Below, in pieces: positions 1 through 27,520 of a stretch of DNA of 64,000 nucleotides. The position numbers and the translations under genes were made by a program. The DNA lies in contig JAQGDQ010000165.1 in assembly GCA_030141605.1 (NCBI GenBank), positions 248,001 through 312,000 on the forward strand, given 5' to 3'. The number at the start of each line of letters is the position of its first letter. Positions within the stretch are counted from its first letter, which is position 1. The notes beneath the pieces were generated by a model. It saw only the letters and a list, made by a program, of their open reading frames with translations, was not told the DNA's origin and did not search any database. Source of the DNA: Tubiluchus corallicola. Lineage: Eukaryota; Animalia; Priapulida.

Positions 1-998
1 GCTGACTTAGTTTCTACATACAGCCTAGAAAAAACTAATCTTGTTATTTAATGGCATGTGTAGGGTGTCGTGTGGCTTAGCTGATCAATAATTTTGGGAG
101 AAACAGTGGCGTTTCTCTAAATGCCGATCGTATTATTGTGAATATGTGTAGCATTCTGTATTTTTTTATAATCTTTGCATGTTTTAATGCTGAAGGTGAA
201 TGTTTAAAGGACTGTCGTGTTATGAGCAACTTATGCATAGAAAAGAGTTACCCTGGTGCAGTACTGCAAATCAAACTCAGGGTGATTCTTAGAAAAAAAT
301 TGTTTATCTAATCATGTCGAAAAAGGAAAGTCAGGCTCAGGGGTGGAAAACCGTGTACCCACGAAACAAATGATCAAAACATTAATAGGGACGGACACCA
401 GAAGCTTTTTGCCACCAGGCAGCACAAGCACTTACTCCGCCATTGCTGCATTCATAACAAATGTAATGTATTTTCTATACTAAAGTTGTAATAATTCCTT
501 GGCTATAGTTAGAATTGTAATGTTCTATTATAGTTGCCGGTTATAGTAAGAAGACAATACAAACTGAAGGATTAATTAACACAAAAAATTGCAAACCAAA
601 TCACTTTATTTGAGTACTCTGAATAACAATTCATGGCAGGCAAGTTTTTTCACGACTCGTGTTAAAAAGTGTTACAAACACCCTTATCAATGACAATTAC
701 CTTATTATGACAACAAAGCTAATCACTTCTTTTAGCACAAATTGATTCTAACATCATAAATGTGTATCAAAAAATAGTTACTTCTGTTGTTATTATTAGT
801 AACAAAAAACCTTGAAATAAAGAAATTTTGAAACGACAAACAGTGAGTCGAGAAACATTGAAATGAAAAACAGTGAATTAAGAAACAAAAATCACACTTA
901 GTTTAGTGGGGTTACTGAAAATAAAAATAAATATGTTGAAAAAGTGTTGACAAAATGTCAGCATAGACTAGAACCAAAATACAGCCTAATAGTAAATA

Positions 999-1515
999 CT
1001 AGGGCTATGGAGTTGGAAGTCAGGCAGTAAATTTACTGTTAAACGAACCGAAGTTGTTAAAACTTAGGGTTTTGCAGTCGGAGTCGGGACTTGGGAGTAC
1101 ACTTATTGTTTAAGGGAATCGGAGTTAAACTTGGTAAAATATAGACAAACTCAAACTCTGGTTATTTTCAATGCATTTATGCATAACATCCTATTTTCAG
1201 ACGCTTTCCTACTGGTGTCTATACTGCTAGACTGTTTTTTGAGCATAAGAAGTAGTGATGAAATGCCACTGAAGGTAATTATTTAGAGTACTACAAACTA
1301 TTAATTAAAGGCAGCAGTCAGCGTTGGAGACGGGAGTTGGGGCTCCTAAAATTTTAGGAGTCAGAGTCGGAGTTGAACCTAAAATTTAAGGAGTGGGAGT
1401 CAGAGTCAGATCTAAAATTTTTTGGAGCCGGAGTCAGAGTCGGAGCTGGATCTTCTAAAATTCTAGGAGTCAGAGCGAGAGTTAGGAGTTTAATGTACCA
1501 ACTCCAAAGCCCTGG
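999..1515. mobile_element. MITE-like element with internal GGAGTC/GGAGTT hexamer repeats
   Basis: Terminal inverted repeat tactagggctatggagttgg (997-1016) versus revcomp taccagggctttggagttgg (1498-1517), 18/20 match, with TA at both outer ends. Explains the SDSDS / GVGVR ORFs. Confidence 0.7.
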
Positions 1516-3584
1516 TATATACATTAAATTTATGACTAACATGAGTACAATCACATACATAAGTAAAGAAACCCATAACACAGTAAGACATATAATAGTA
1601 TAACAAGAAGCCTACCTCGTTGTGTACTAATTATATTACACATTTAATGATAATCAGTCACCAGCCACAATTAGTAAAGCATGTGACTAAAAAGTTGATA
1701 ACTAGTAGCTATAGATTCTCTTTTGAGATTACAATCTATAAAAATAACAAAACGCATTTCTCCTTGGTTAAAGAAACTAATGCTTTAAGTAATCACATAT
1801 GGGAAATAATGGATAAAATGGAGTGGTTATTGTGTTAACTGGTGAGCATATTAAGTGTCGTACATAAGGGACCAACATTTTCTACCAGAAAACGAAATCG
1901 AATCGAATTTGTGACATTTGAACTCGACTCAAACTAAATTTGAGCATTTTCGAATCATTAATAAAAAGCACTCTCACAAAGGTCAACATATTACTTGATT
2001 TTGTTCTGCAGTAAAAACACCAATAATTTGTTTAAAAATTGTGCACAGAAATCACAGCTGATTTGTGCTGATTGCATGAAGTTTCAAACGTTGTAATGGT
2101 AAAGAACACACGTAGTTGAAGTGCTGAATTAATCGAGTCTATAATTTTAAGTTGAACGTTCTATACTCACTTCTATCGTACATATACATACTTCTAGAAA
2201 ACAACTTATATTTCCACAGCATCCTAAAATGCCTTAAAACATGCAATTTTGTATATAATGTTACATTACATGAAAGAGGAGACTTGTTCGGTCATTCTAG
2301 TTAACAAGTACATCTTAACAGTTTCTACAGAAAGACACAAAAGGTTGGAAAGGGATCATATCTGTATCTGACAGGCGACTTCATACAACACATCTAGGTC
2401 TAGATTATAGAGTTATTAGTTAAATCCAGACTGAAAAATCACCAGCTGGACTTATTACATATAGTAACTATTCAGCACCAATAGCACAGCTAGTATACAG
2501 TGGTAACAACACACAGTAGCAACTGACACTAATAAAATAGTAAGTAACAAACTGGCAAAACTCATTGAGTGAAAGTTGGAAATTCATCTTATAGACATTG
2601 TGATTAACAGGAAAATACAATTTCTGAAATAGAAAATTTAATTCATTATGAAGCTTGTAGACTCAGTAGCATTAACAAGTGCTATCAAAAACTACAAATA
2701 TTTATAATTTATATTTGCCAGAACAATAGAAACTTGCCAATTTCTAACCTCACCAATTTGTTTACAGATTACACATACAGATTCTTTCACACAAAGACTG
2801 TAAAACTTTGGACTAACCTTGTGACAAACAAAGATGACAGCAACTATTACAATAAGCAGGAATTACAACTATAATTTCACCATGATCTTTGTATCCAAGT
2901 AGTAAATAATAAAAAAGCTTATGATAAAAAGCAACTCATATAGGAATGAAACGAAACTCAAATTTTAAATCTAACAAGCCTTTTCACCATTTCGTTATGT
3001 GCATGCGCAGTTGCTATAGGTTAAGTATTCACAGCAATGTGTCTAAAGCACTGCTGCGTCAGTTCAATAACTCCATTATTCAATAACTCCAACTGTTTTA
3101 TGTGGACTTTACTTAATTGTGCATTAGTCTGTACATAGAGTGATTTACTAGCATGATTTTCTTTGGGAATAAGGAAAAATGAACTAGACGAGGTTCTAGC
3201 TAGCTGTTAAAACTGTTACTATTACAACAGAAGGGTCTGCGAGGCATCGTCACAAATGCATTGTACACTTAACCTTTGACCTTTTCACGATCATCATCAA
3301 TCGCTGGAGCTGTGAAAAGGCTTATTAGAAAGAAGATTTAGATCACCAAATGACCATATACGGAATAAAAGAAGTTATAGTATGTTGAAGACCTAAGATT
3401 TCTTAAACAAATTAGCATGGACTTGCTTAGAATACTGGGTAAGGAAGTAAAAAAAAGATCAAATTCATATCATGAGATTTTCGAACAATTTCATTTCAGA
3501 TTTGTACAATAAGTCTTTTGCAAATTGTATCAAATCAAATCATCATGGTGGCAGTATCGAAATCGAAACATCTCAAAAATAATT

Positions 3585-4925
3585 TCAAGTCATTTCCATG
3601 ATTCTTCTGAGGTAGTCATTCAGAAACAGGCCGTGTGGATCTAGCGATCGCCTAATAGCGCAGAAACGCTCAAACTGCGGGTACATGTTTCTGAACTGTG
3701 TAGCTGTAACACGGTGGGCTTTTGCCCAGTGAGGACGCCCTCCCGCTTTCGACATGATATCTTCATATGCATTGCAATACTCCTGAAACGGGACATCTTT
3801 ACTGTACGGACGATACATAATGATGTTGATGGTGCAGATGTCAGTCTGGTATGCAGGGCTTAAGTATATTTCATCAGCTTTGACAAATCTTACCTCAACT
3901 GGAGCGTGAACGAACACTCCGCGATCTTGATTACGCAATACCCACTCCTGCAGCTCTTTCAATACCAGAGCGGCCTTGTCCCGAGGAACTGCCCATTCAT
4001 TCACGTATTGCTTGAAGAGACAGTTGAAGTTGAAAACCTTGTAGCTGGTGTCGACGATTTCCCGCGGATGGCGATACAGTACGTTCCACATGAACTGGTG
4101 AATGTAGGGAACGAAGCTGGGAACGTAACAGCTGATGAAATAAAGCAGCTGCAAGATGTGGTACCCAAGAAGTTCATCCCAAAACCAGCTGCTCTTGGTG
4201 GAGATTTCTTTACTAGACCTAGACTGATGAGAACATCCCGCCATGCTGGTGTAAGGCATCCACATGAAACGGAAATGTTCAGAAGACTTGACATGCGTCT
4301 CCAGGTTTTCCAGGACATCATCTAGGGGAAGCGGGTAATCAGTACGACAAAGCCTAAAGGCAGCTTCACACTGCAAAGTAACACTCAGAATGATTCCCAC
4401 AGCACCTAGACCCACAACCGCAGCTAAGAACACCTCTTTGTTTTCGGACATGGAGAGATTCAACGTCTCCCCAGAAGCGGTCAGGAGCTCCATACGAACG
4501 ACGTACGAAGCCAGGTTACCAAAATGCTGCCCTGTGCCGTGAGTAGCAGTCGAAATTGCTCCCGCTACGCTGATTTCAGAAATAGCAGGAAGGACACTGA
4601 GAGCCATGTCATTAAGTTGTAAAATTTTATTAAGCTTATCTAATCTCATACCAGCTTCCACGGTGACTTGGGATTTTTCCCTGTCGATCTCCAGGACGCT
4701 GTCCATCCTCTGCAGGCTAATCAGAAAGCCGTCGGTGAAGGCAATATCCGACGGTGAATGCCCAGCACCGACTACTTTTACGTTTTTGCCTTCCTGTCGT
4801 GCACGTTCCAGAATCTTCCTGACATCTTCCCTCGTTTTCGGAGTGAAATACAATTCAGGCATGCAGACGAAAGTCTCTGCCCAGTTTTTGAAAAGATGTC
4901 CTCTAATACCCCACTGCTCTGCCAT
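3585..4925 (-). CDS. GULO: L-gulonolactone oxidase (FAD-linked, VAO family), single coding exon, 446 aa
   Basis: Uninterrupted ORF with NWA at the N-terminus, VVGAGHSPSDIA (His for covalent FAD), VTVEAG, a hydrophobic membrane segment WFWD..LLYFIS, FNFNCLFKQYVNEWA, HAPVEVRF, GGRPHWAK and LDPHGLFLNDYL. Colinear with vertebrate GULO. Confidence 0.95.
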   Translation of the reverse strand: MAEQWGIRGHLFKNWAETFVCMPELYFTPKTREDVRKILERARQEGKNVKVVGAGHSPSDIAFTDGFLISLQRMDSVLEIDREKSQVTVEAGMRLDKLNKILQLNDMALSVLPAISEISVAGAISTATHGTGQHFGNLASYVVRMELLTASGETLNLSMSENKEVFLAAVVGLGAVGIILSVTLQCEAAFRLCRTDYPLPLDDVLENLETHVKSSEHFRFMWMPYTSMAGCSHQSRSSKEISTKSSWFWDELLGYHILQLLYFISCYVPSFVPYIHQFMWNVLYRHPREIVDTSYKVFNFNCLFKQYVNEWAVPRDKAALVLKELQEWVLRNQDRGVFVHAPVEVRFVKADEIYLSPAYQTDICTINIIMYRPYSKDVPFQEYCNAYEDIMSKAGGRPHWAKAHRVTATQFRNMYPQFERFCAIRRSLDPHGLFLNDYLRRIMEMT

Positions 4926-7079
4926 ATTAGTCGGCGATATTTAATGTCTTTACAGATGCTAAAAATTGAATAGAGGAATTCGTTAAAACATTATACTAAT
5001 TCGGGTAGAAAATATCACAATTTCCCGGGCAAAAAACATCTTATAGATACGCAAAAATATATCAAAGATACAAACCAGAGGTGGACAATTAAGTAAATTT
5101 TTGATGTCAAATAAAAAAAGCTGGAATACAGACTGGATTTGTAATAGAAACATTCTGCTTACAAGCAGCCTAACATTGGTAAACTAATGCACTCCACTGT
5201 TGCATTTCATCAGCCAGCTCTAGGGATCGATGTTGGACTGCCTTGACAAATGACGACTGTGGAATACGATGGTGTCAGCATTACAAGCAGACAGATGCAG
5301 CGTGGTAACCAGCTGAGTCGTGAACACAACATGTTTCTTAACTATTATTTTGGGAATCCAGTTTCTCTATAATAAGCAAATTAACAATACTTACATAAAC
5401 AGCAAGTTCACTCCAAACTCACACAAAAGACCTATTCAACTTATGTCAGCTTCAGAAATCAGTTTTTGTAAACCGGAACTTTGTCCAGTTTTGTGGTTTT
5501 AATCGAGGTCTTCACTATAGGAAGCAGCAGAACCACCGATTAACAGAGTCAGCGCTACCTCCGGTAGGAACTGCTTAAGAGGCGTTTACCAGACATTATA
5601 ATCTTACTATTATTTAAATTATTATTATTATAATTACTAATATATTATTATTATTTCACTGCTTAAATAAGAATGGTAAATATTTCAACATGTCTAAAAA
5701 ATAAAAATGCGTATCTTGGATAATACAAATATACTTCAAGAATAACTTTTTCACCATCAGATCTTAAAACAAAAAAGCTAGATTGGAGAAGGCGAGTATT
5801 GATTCAAAAAGAAATGATATCAGACATTTGTATACTATGTGGAGAATTTATTGTGATTTCACTGCGTAAATAATAATGATAATTATTTCAAAATTGGGTT
5901 TAAAAAATAAAAATTGCTAAGCTTAGTTTAATCATATATATTGATGCGAAAGAAATGTAAGTAATCTTTAAGTAATAAGGTTCGGGCAAAGTCACACGTG
6001 CAAAAAACTGAATAGACACAAACGTGATTATGAAAAAAGCAAGAAAACATGCGAAGATCTCAATAAAAAAACAAAACATAAAGAGTGGCAACCTAAGCAC
6101 AAAGCTGTCTAGTTGAATGAATACGTTATAAACTTGTTGTACAATTTTTTTAGCTTTAGATACAAAGAATTTATTGTTGATATTTTTTGTGGAGAAAGTC
6201 CGAACGTTTCAATTTGAGGGACAACCCCTTTCGCAATTCACCGTATCCAAGGTCAAAAATAAAATTAGCATTTACTTTCATACCTACACGGTAAGTTCAC
6301 CAATAAGCTATCACACTATCGCTTTTAAGTAATTACATATAATCATTAAGTTTATTAGTCTTTCCCTCTGCAATTAACACTTAAGAAATTACTATTCAAC
6401 AACTACATAAATCAATTTGCATGCCTGGTGACTACCCGCAAAAGCGTGCAAAAAGCGGCGCACAATTCTGATCTAACGTATTGTCAATTCAGACGGGTTT
6501 GTTTAAATTCAGTTCCGTTCATCCGACTGCAGGGCCTTGACCTTTTTTCATCAAGGTGAGCAGTCAAAACTGCTATTTGACAGAAACTAAAGAACACAGT
6601 ATGTGATTGAAGTGCTAATTATTCGAATCTATAGTTTAGGTTGGAATCGAATTCGAACTAAAAAACACGTTTGAATGGAATTCTCACCCCTAGTTTTTAT
6701 AGAAATTTATCAAAATATTTTATCATTGGGTTTTGGGTGAAGTGGCATTGTTGTCATATAAGAATAAAGAATTGTTTATACTTACAAGGTACTTAATTGG
6801 AAGGAGTTGCAGATGGAGATTTCGAGAGATGTTTTTTGTTCCTAAAATTGATTGTGGAAAAAAGCTTCTAAGTGATGTTGAAACATCATGCAGTTAGCAT
6901 AATTTAGCTGTGATTTCTATATGCAATTTTAAACAAATTATTAGTGGTTGTACTGCAAAACAAAATTGAGTAACATGCATCATCTTCATAAGACTCATTT
7001 TTACTGACGGTTCGAAAGCTTGTTCAAAAATCTTTCAATCTCAATTTGAATTCGAAATACTGAAGACCAGTTCGAGTTC

Positions 7080-8967
7080 GAAAGTCACAAATTCGGGAAA
7101 AAATAAAAACTCGGCTTGTGTTAGGAAATGTACCCACGGTGGATTCTAATTTAAGCAAGCATGAGCTACAGCAAATAAATGATGAGATGATAAATGTCTT
7201 CTTGGATAAAACTGGTGTCAGTAATGAAAAGCCAGTTACCAATATATTTCGTCTGAAAGCTAAAGATCAAAAAGGTGACGATATGCTCAAATTCCAAGTT
7301 GAGTCTTATACAGATAAAAAAAGGATTTTAGAAGCATATCATCAGATTTGTGATTCAGACAATCGTGAAGTTGGAAATATGTTTGTGCGGCCAGATTTAA
7401 CATTCAAACAGCATGAAGAAAGAAAGGTACTCATGAAGGAATTAGAAGAAAAGAAAAACGTGAGCTGTCAAAAAACTGGAGCATCAATTACGCCAGAGGA
7501 GTTGTCTACGAATGGAAAATGAAATAGGTTGCAGTAAACAGCATCCGAAGAGAGAGTGTAACTCATGGAATAAAGTTAAGGCTTATCCTGGTAAAAACAT
7601 TAATGTTTTGTATACTAATTCAGATCAATTCTTAAACAAGAGACAGGAATTAATTACAAAATTATTTCAGGATTCTACGCTTTATCATGTAGTTGCATTT
7701 ACAATTACTCTAAATGAACTCTAAATCTGGTGAAAATTACATAGAGAAAACTGAGTTAACAATCCCGGGTTTATAATATATCTATTTGTAACTCTTGTGG
7801 CCGTGGTGTAGTTATATACGTTCATCGGAGTATTGACTTTTTTGAACTACATTGTAAATATTTTAAGTGTGCAGTATGTGTAAAAATTAAACTTCAAGAG
7901 AATCAAAGTTTGTGTATTCTCTTGATATACAGAAGTCCATTCTCAGCAATCAGTGATAATGCTAATCTTATTAAACTGATTTCGTATTTGTGTGAATCTC
8001 ACAAATCAAATATCTGTATTTTGGGTGACTTTAATTTATCAGGAATTGATTGGCAATTGGAGTTCTCCAATAATGCTGTTGAAAATGAGTTTTTAGAATG
8101 CTTTGAGTTGAACTTGTTTATTTCAACACGTGAAATTTGCAACACGCTATCGCATTGGCAATGAACCATCTTTAATTGATCTAGTTTTCACTAAAAAAGA
8201 TGATTTGGTAAAAAATTTGAGACCTACTTCACCATTAGGTAATAGCGACCATGTGTGTTTGCATTTTTAGTTTGAATGTAAATGTATTTCCAGTCAAAAT
8301 TTTACCTCGGAAGAAGATGTGTTTAAACAAAGTTAATTTCAGCAGTATGTGTAATGCATTTAGCCAAGTTGATGGGATCAATGCTTTAAATAGTAATCTT
8401 ACTCTTGATGATATGTGGACAAAATTTCATAATGTGTACATGTCAGTTGTTAATGAATATGTGCCTAGTTTCTACCCAAGTTCTTGTAATAAGAGTAGTC
8501 GACCTCGGCCTTCTTGGTTAACTAAGCAGTTGCTTGACTATATTCAGGAGAAAGAAAAGTTGTTTTTCGACTAGAAGAGACGAAAAACAAAGCTTTCTTA
8601 TGAACGGTATGCTGCAAGGTATAATTTGGTGAAAACCTTATAACTACTGCGAAAAAAAGATATGAACGTAACTTAGCCAGTAATTGCAAGACTAATCCTA
8701 AGGCATTCTAACAGTATATCAATGCACTTCGGAAGCCAAAGTCAAGAATTCATTCACTGACGAATTCCCAAGGTATTCTTGTTCCTGATTCACAGGGGAA
8801 GGCACAAATTTTGAACGATTTTTTCATTAGTGCATTCAGCTCAACGCTTCTGACTATGAAGTAACTACAGTGCAACAATATCCTGATATCAACAATGTTT
8901 CCATAACGGACGAAGAGGTGCTTTTTGAGTTACAAAATCTCAATGTAAACAAATCTGCTCCAGATAG
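7080..8967 (+). mobile_element. Degenerate CR1/L2-type LINE, 5' half (ORF1 and APE endonuclease; RT missing)
   Basis: ORF1-like FVRPDLT; endonuclease motifs VLYTN, GRGVVIY, IYRSP, LGDFN, IDLVF, SDH; linker PSWLT and NPKAF. Many stops and frameshifts. Confidence 0.8.
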
Positions 8968-9953
8968 TGTCATGTATTGATAATACTGCGTATGAATACC
9001 ATAGTAGTGCGAATGGTTAGAGGTTGTTGTTCGGTTTATGGCCGCGAGGCGTAATAGATTAAACTGGTTTCTTATTAGATAAATGAAAGCCATTTCGTGT
9101 TTAAAATAATAAGGAATCGCAAATATAACAGTGGCGACGAGTTTATGAAGAAACCGAGACTTGTCTGCTGTAAACCACAGAAACCGTAAGCTGGCCATCT
9201 ACTGTTAAAATGGAAAAAACTGTTATTCCAAAATTTGATTGCCTGTCTGACCCAGCAACTTTGGGCACACGCTGGCAAAGGTGGCTGACGTCATTTGAAC
9301 TGTATGCGGACGGCAAAGGTCACATCGTTGGAGAAAACGCTGCTGCAGCTGTACGACAGCACAGACGCGCGCTTTTGCTGCACTTAGCTGGTACCGATGT
9401 GCAAGAGATCTTTCGCACATTACCGAACACAGGTGAAGCCAATGACTATGTTGCAGCAGTGAATGCTTTAAACACGTACTTTGTACCGCAAATTAATCCA
9501 GCATTCGCTCCACAGACTTTTCACCAGTTAAACCGGAAACAATGAGAGACTGTACTTCAGTTTGTTACTCGTCTACGGACTGAAAAAGACAGTTGCAATC
9601 TAGTGCGCAGCAAGAAGCATAATTATGTGAAGTCGCGAAAATTTACACAACGTAACTCCTCCGGAAAGAAGAAGAATTCTGGAGCCTGCTACAGATGTGG
9701 ATCGCGTGATCATTGCGGACGTGACCCAAATTGCCCAGCCAATGGTCAAACGTGCAAAAAGTGTGGTAGCAGAGATCATTTTGCCAAGGTATGCAAGACA
9801 AAATTAAATAAGTTGAATAAAACTGGGACCAATTATGCTATGGTTAATCAAGTGAAAAATGATTCGGATGATGAAAACTGTCACTATGTTTTTGTAATAC
9901 AAGATCGCCTGAAAACAAACATGATAACTGTCAATGCAGGTGGTGTAGACTGA
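8968..9953 (+). mobile_element. Ty3/Gypsy LTR retrotransposon, 5' remnant (LTR, PBS, gag)
   Basis: Putative LTR TGT...ACA 8968-9130, followed by PBS-like GTGGCGACGAG. Gag has RWQRWLTSFELYA and ALLLHLAG, with zinc knuckles CYRCGSRDHC and CKKCGSRDHFAKVC. It ends just before the protease. Confidence 0.8.
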
Positions 9954-11141
9954 CTGTCTTGGCTTTGCAATCACTAATCATACTGAACCAGGATGTAGAA
10001 CACACAATAGAAGTAACATCTTTTACAGTTCCATACATTGCTACATTACAAACCATAACACAGCAGTTAACAATAGGTCCTACTCAACGAAATGTTTTTA
10101 GTGTGAGCAAAATCCGGCTCATTATCAACGAGCTCTCTATAACATAAACCACTGAATCAGCAGATGTGTCTTAGTCAGCTTTTGATGTATTCATAGAAAA
10201 TAGCCAGAATCTGTACGACAAATCGAAATGCCCAGCCGGATTGTCTGTCCAACCAGCGATCATTTATCCAATCATTGATCGGCCTCAGCATTCTTAACTT
10301 TGATCATTAAGCATGCGCTATGACTGCTCGGCTATTCCTGTTGCCATAGAATATATAACAAAATAAAACTCAATAGCTGCATTATGATGCAAAATGAATT
10401 AAGTACATAAACTGAAAATAACAAATCAGTTAATAAAATCACAATGAATTTTTCCATCATGAGACGGGGCAGCCTAGTCACACAGGAATATCAATCCACT
10501 TTATTTTATACAGAAACTGTCATGGTAAATATTAATCCTAAATAAGTGTATTACAGGTAAAATTAAATGAAGCAACAATTTCAAAAAATATTACCACAAA
10601 AATAACAGATTAGTTCCAGACATAAATAACTCACATATTGGCTAAGACTTGGTTACCAGACACTGCATATTCTACCATAGACAGCATGTTCTTTATCACC
10701 TGTTTACTACAAATCAAAGTCTAATAATTGACCTAAAAACAAATGACTGAATGCCATTTGACAACTGTATTGTACCAGCGACACCTTGTGACAATTTATT
10801 TCCAACAACGAAAGATAAGTACAACATTAATTTCTTCACTTCATTAAATTCTTACTAATGAAGTGAAGTACTAAGATTAGTATTTACTAATCTTTATATT
10901 TATTGATTATTTATTCTTTACAACACAGAGTCATCAACATTGAAAGACAAATATGAATCCTTAGATGTGCACACACTGTTGTGTAATTTACATAATAGAA
11001 ATGAATCTCAAAACAGACCATAGAATAAATAATTGATGACCAAAGATCAGGAATAATTTATGTATTTTCGATAATGAAAGCTTTCTGGCCATGCAATGGT
11101 TGAATGATCTACTTATCCCAGTAATTGCGATTCTTCAACTG

Positions 11142-26507
<15,366 letters not shown>

Positions 26508-27099
26508 TGTGCTTCAGACTTCCTACAAAATAAATATAAACAAACTGGAAACACTTTTCTGCATACGGAAAGATTCTACGAAGGAATATCGTATTCAGTT
26601 AAGGGCTACAGAACAACAGTTGAACAAATGAACAGCAAAAAAACATGTAACAACAGCAGCAGCAGCAGCAGCAACAACTGTGAATGTTCTTGGTCAATCC
26701 ATTGAAAACAAAAGTTGTGCACATTTTTCTAATCAAACTAAGTTAAGGTAAAGAAATTAAGCACAAAAAAGTTTTGCTAATCACTATATTAGCATCCCTG
26801 AAACTACCATAGCTAGTGGCATCGAGAGGAGAGACAGGCAGGGCGTGTGCCCAAAAACATAGACCAAGTTGAATTTTATATATAGGCAGTGAATGTAATG
26901 AAAATACAGATTAAAATTTGTTGACTCTTTGCACTTTTCACAAACATTATTTTCTAATAAACAGTTTGTATATTTCATGTACAAAAGATCTGAGCTAATA
27001 TGAAATTCATAACTAAAAATAAAAAATCACAAACTCAATAAAGAATGAATAAGCAAAGTGGAGAAGCTTTGATCAGTGAGTAAAAATCAAGCATAACTC

Positions 27100-27520
27100 C
27101 ACACCATACAGGTGCATACAACACGGTGGTGCAATGGCCGTGCTGTACACCGTACCGGTCCACACAACACGGTGGTGCATCTAGTGAAAATAACAGCTGT
27201 AACAAACACTGGCCGTGCTGTACACCGTACAGGTCCATACAACACGGTGGTGCATCTTGTGAAAATAACAGCTGTAACAAACACTGGCCGTGCTGTACAC
27301 CGTACAGGTCTATACAACACGGTGGTGCATCTTGTGAAAATAACAGCTGTAACAAACACTGGCCATGCTGTACACCATACAGGTCCATACAACACGGTGG
27401 TGCATCTTGTGAAAATAACAGCTGTAACAAACACTGGCCATGCTGTACACCATACAGGTCCATACAACGCGGTGGTGCATCTAGTGAAAATAACAGCTGT
27501 AACAAACACTGGCCGTGTTG
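27100..27520. repeat. Minisatellite, 75-bp unit, about 5.5 copies
   Basis: aacacggtggtgcat at 27166, 27241, 27316, 27391 (variant at 27466). Confidence 0.95.

Noticed and set aside
104-445. Possible hAT MITE (cagtggcg...cgccattg)
   Set aside because: The inverted match is only 8 bp and imperfect, with no TSD.
1354-1603. SDSDS / GVGVR ORFs
   Set aside because: They derive from the GGAGTC hexamer repeats of a MITE.
3906-4973. Alternative-frame and antisense ORFs over GULO
   Set aside because: They are shadow ORFs of a GC-richer coding region and have no recognisable motifs.
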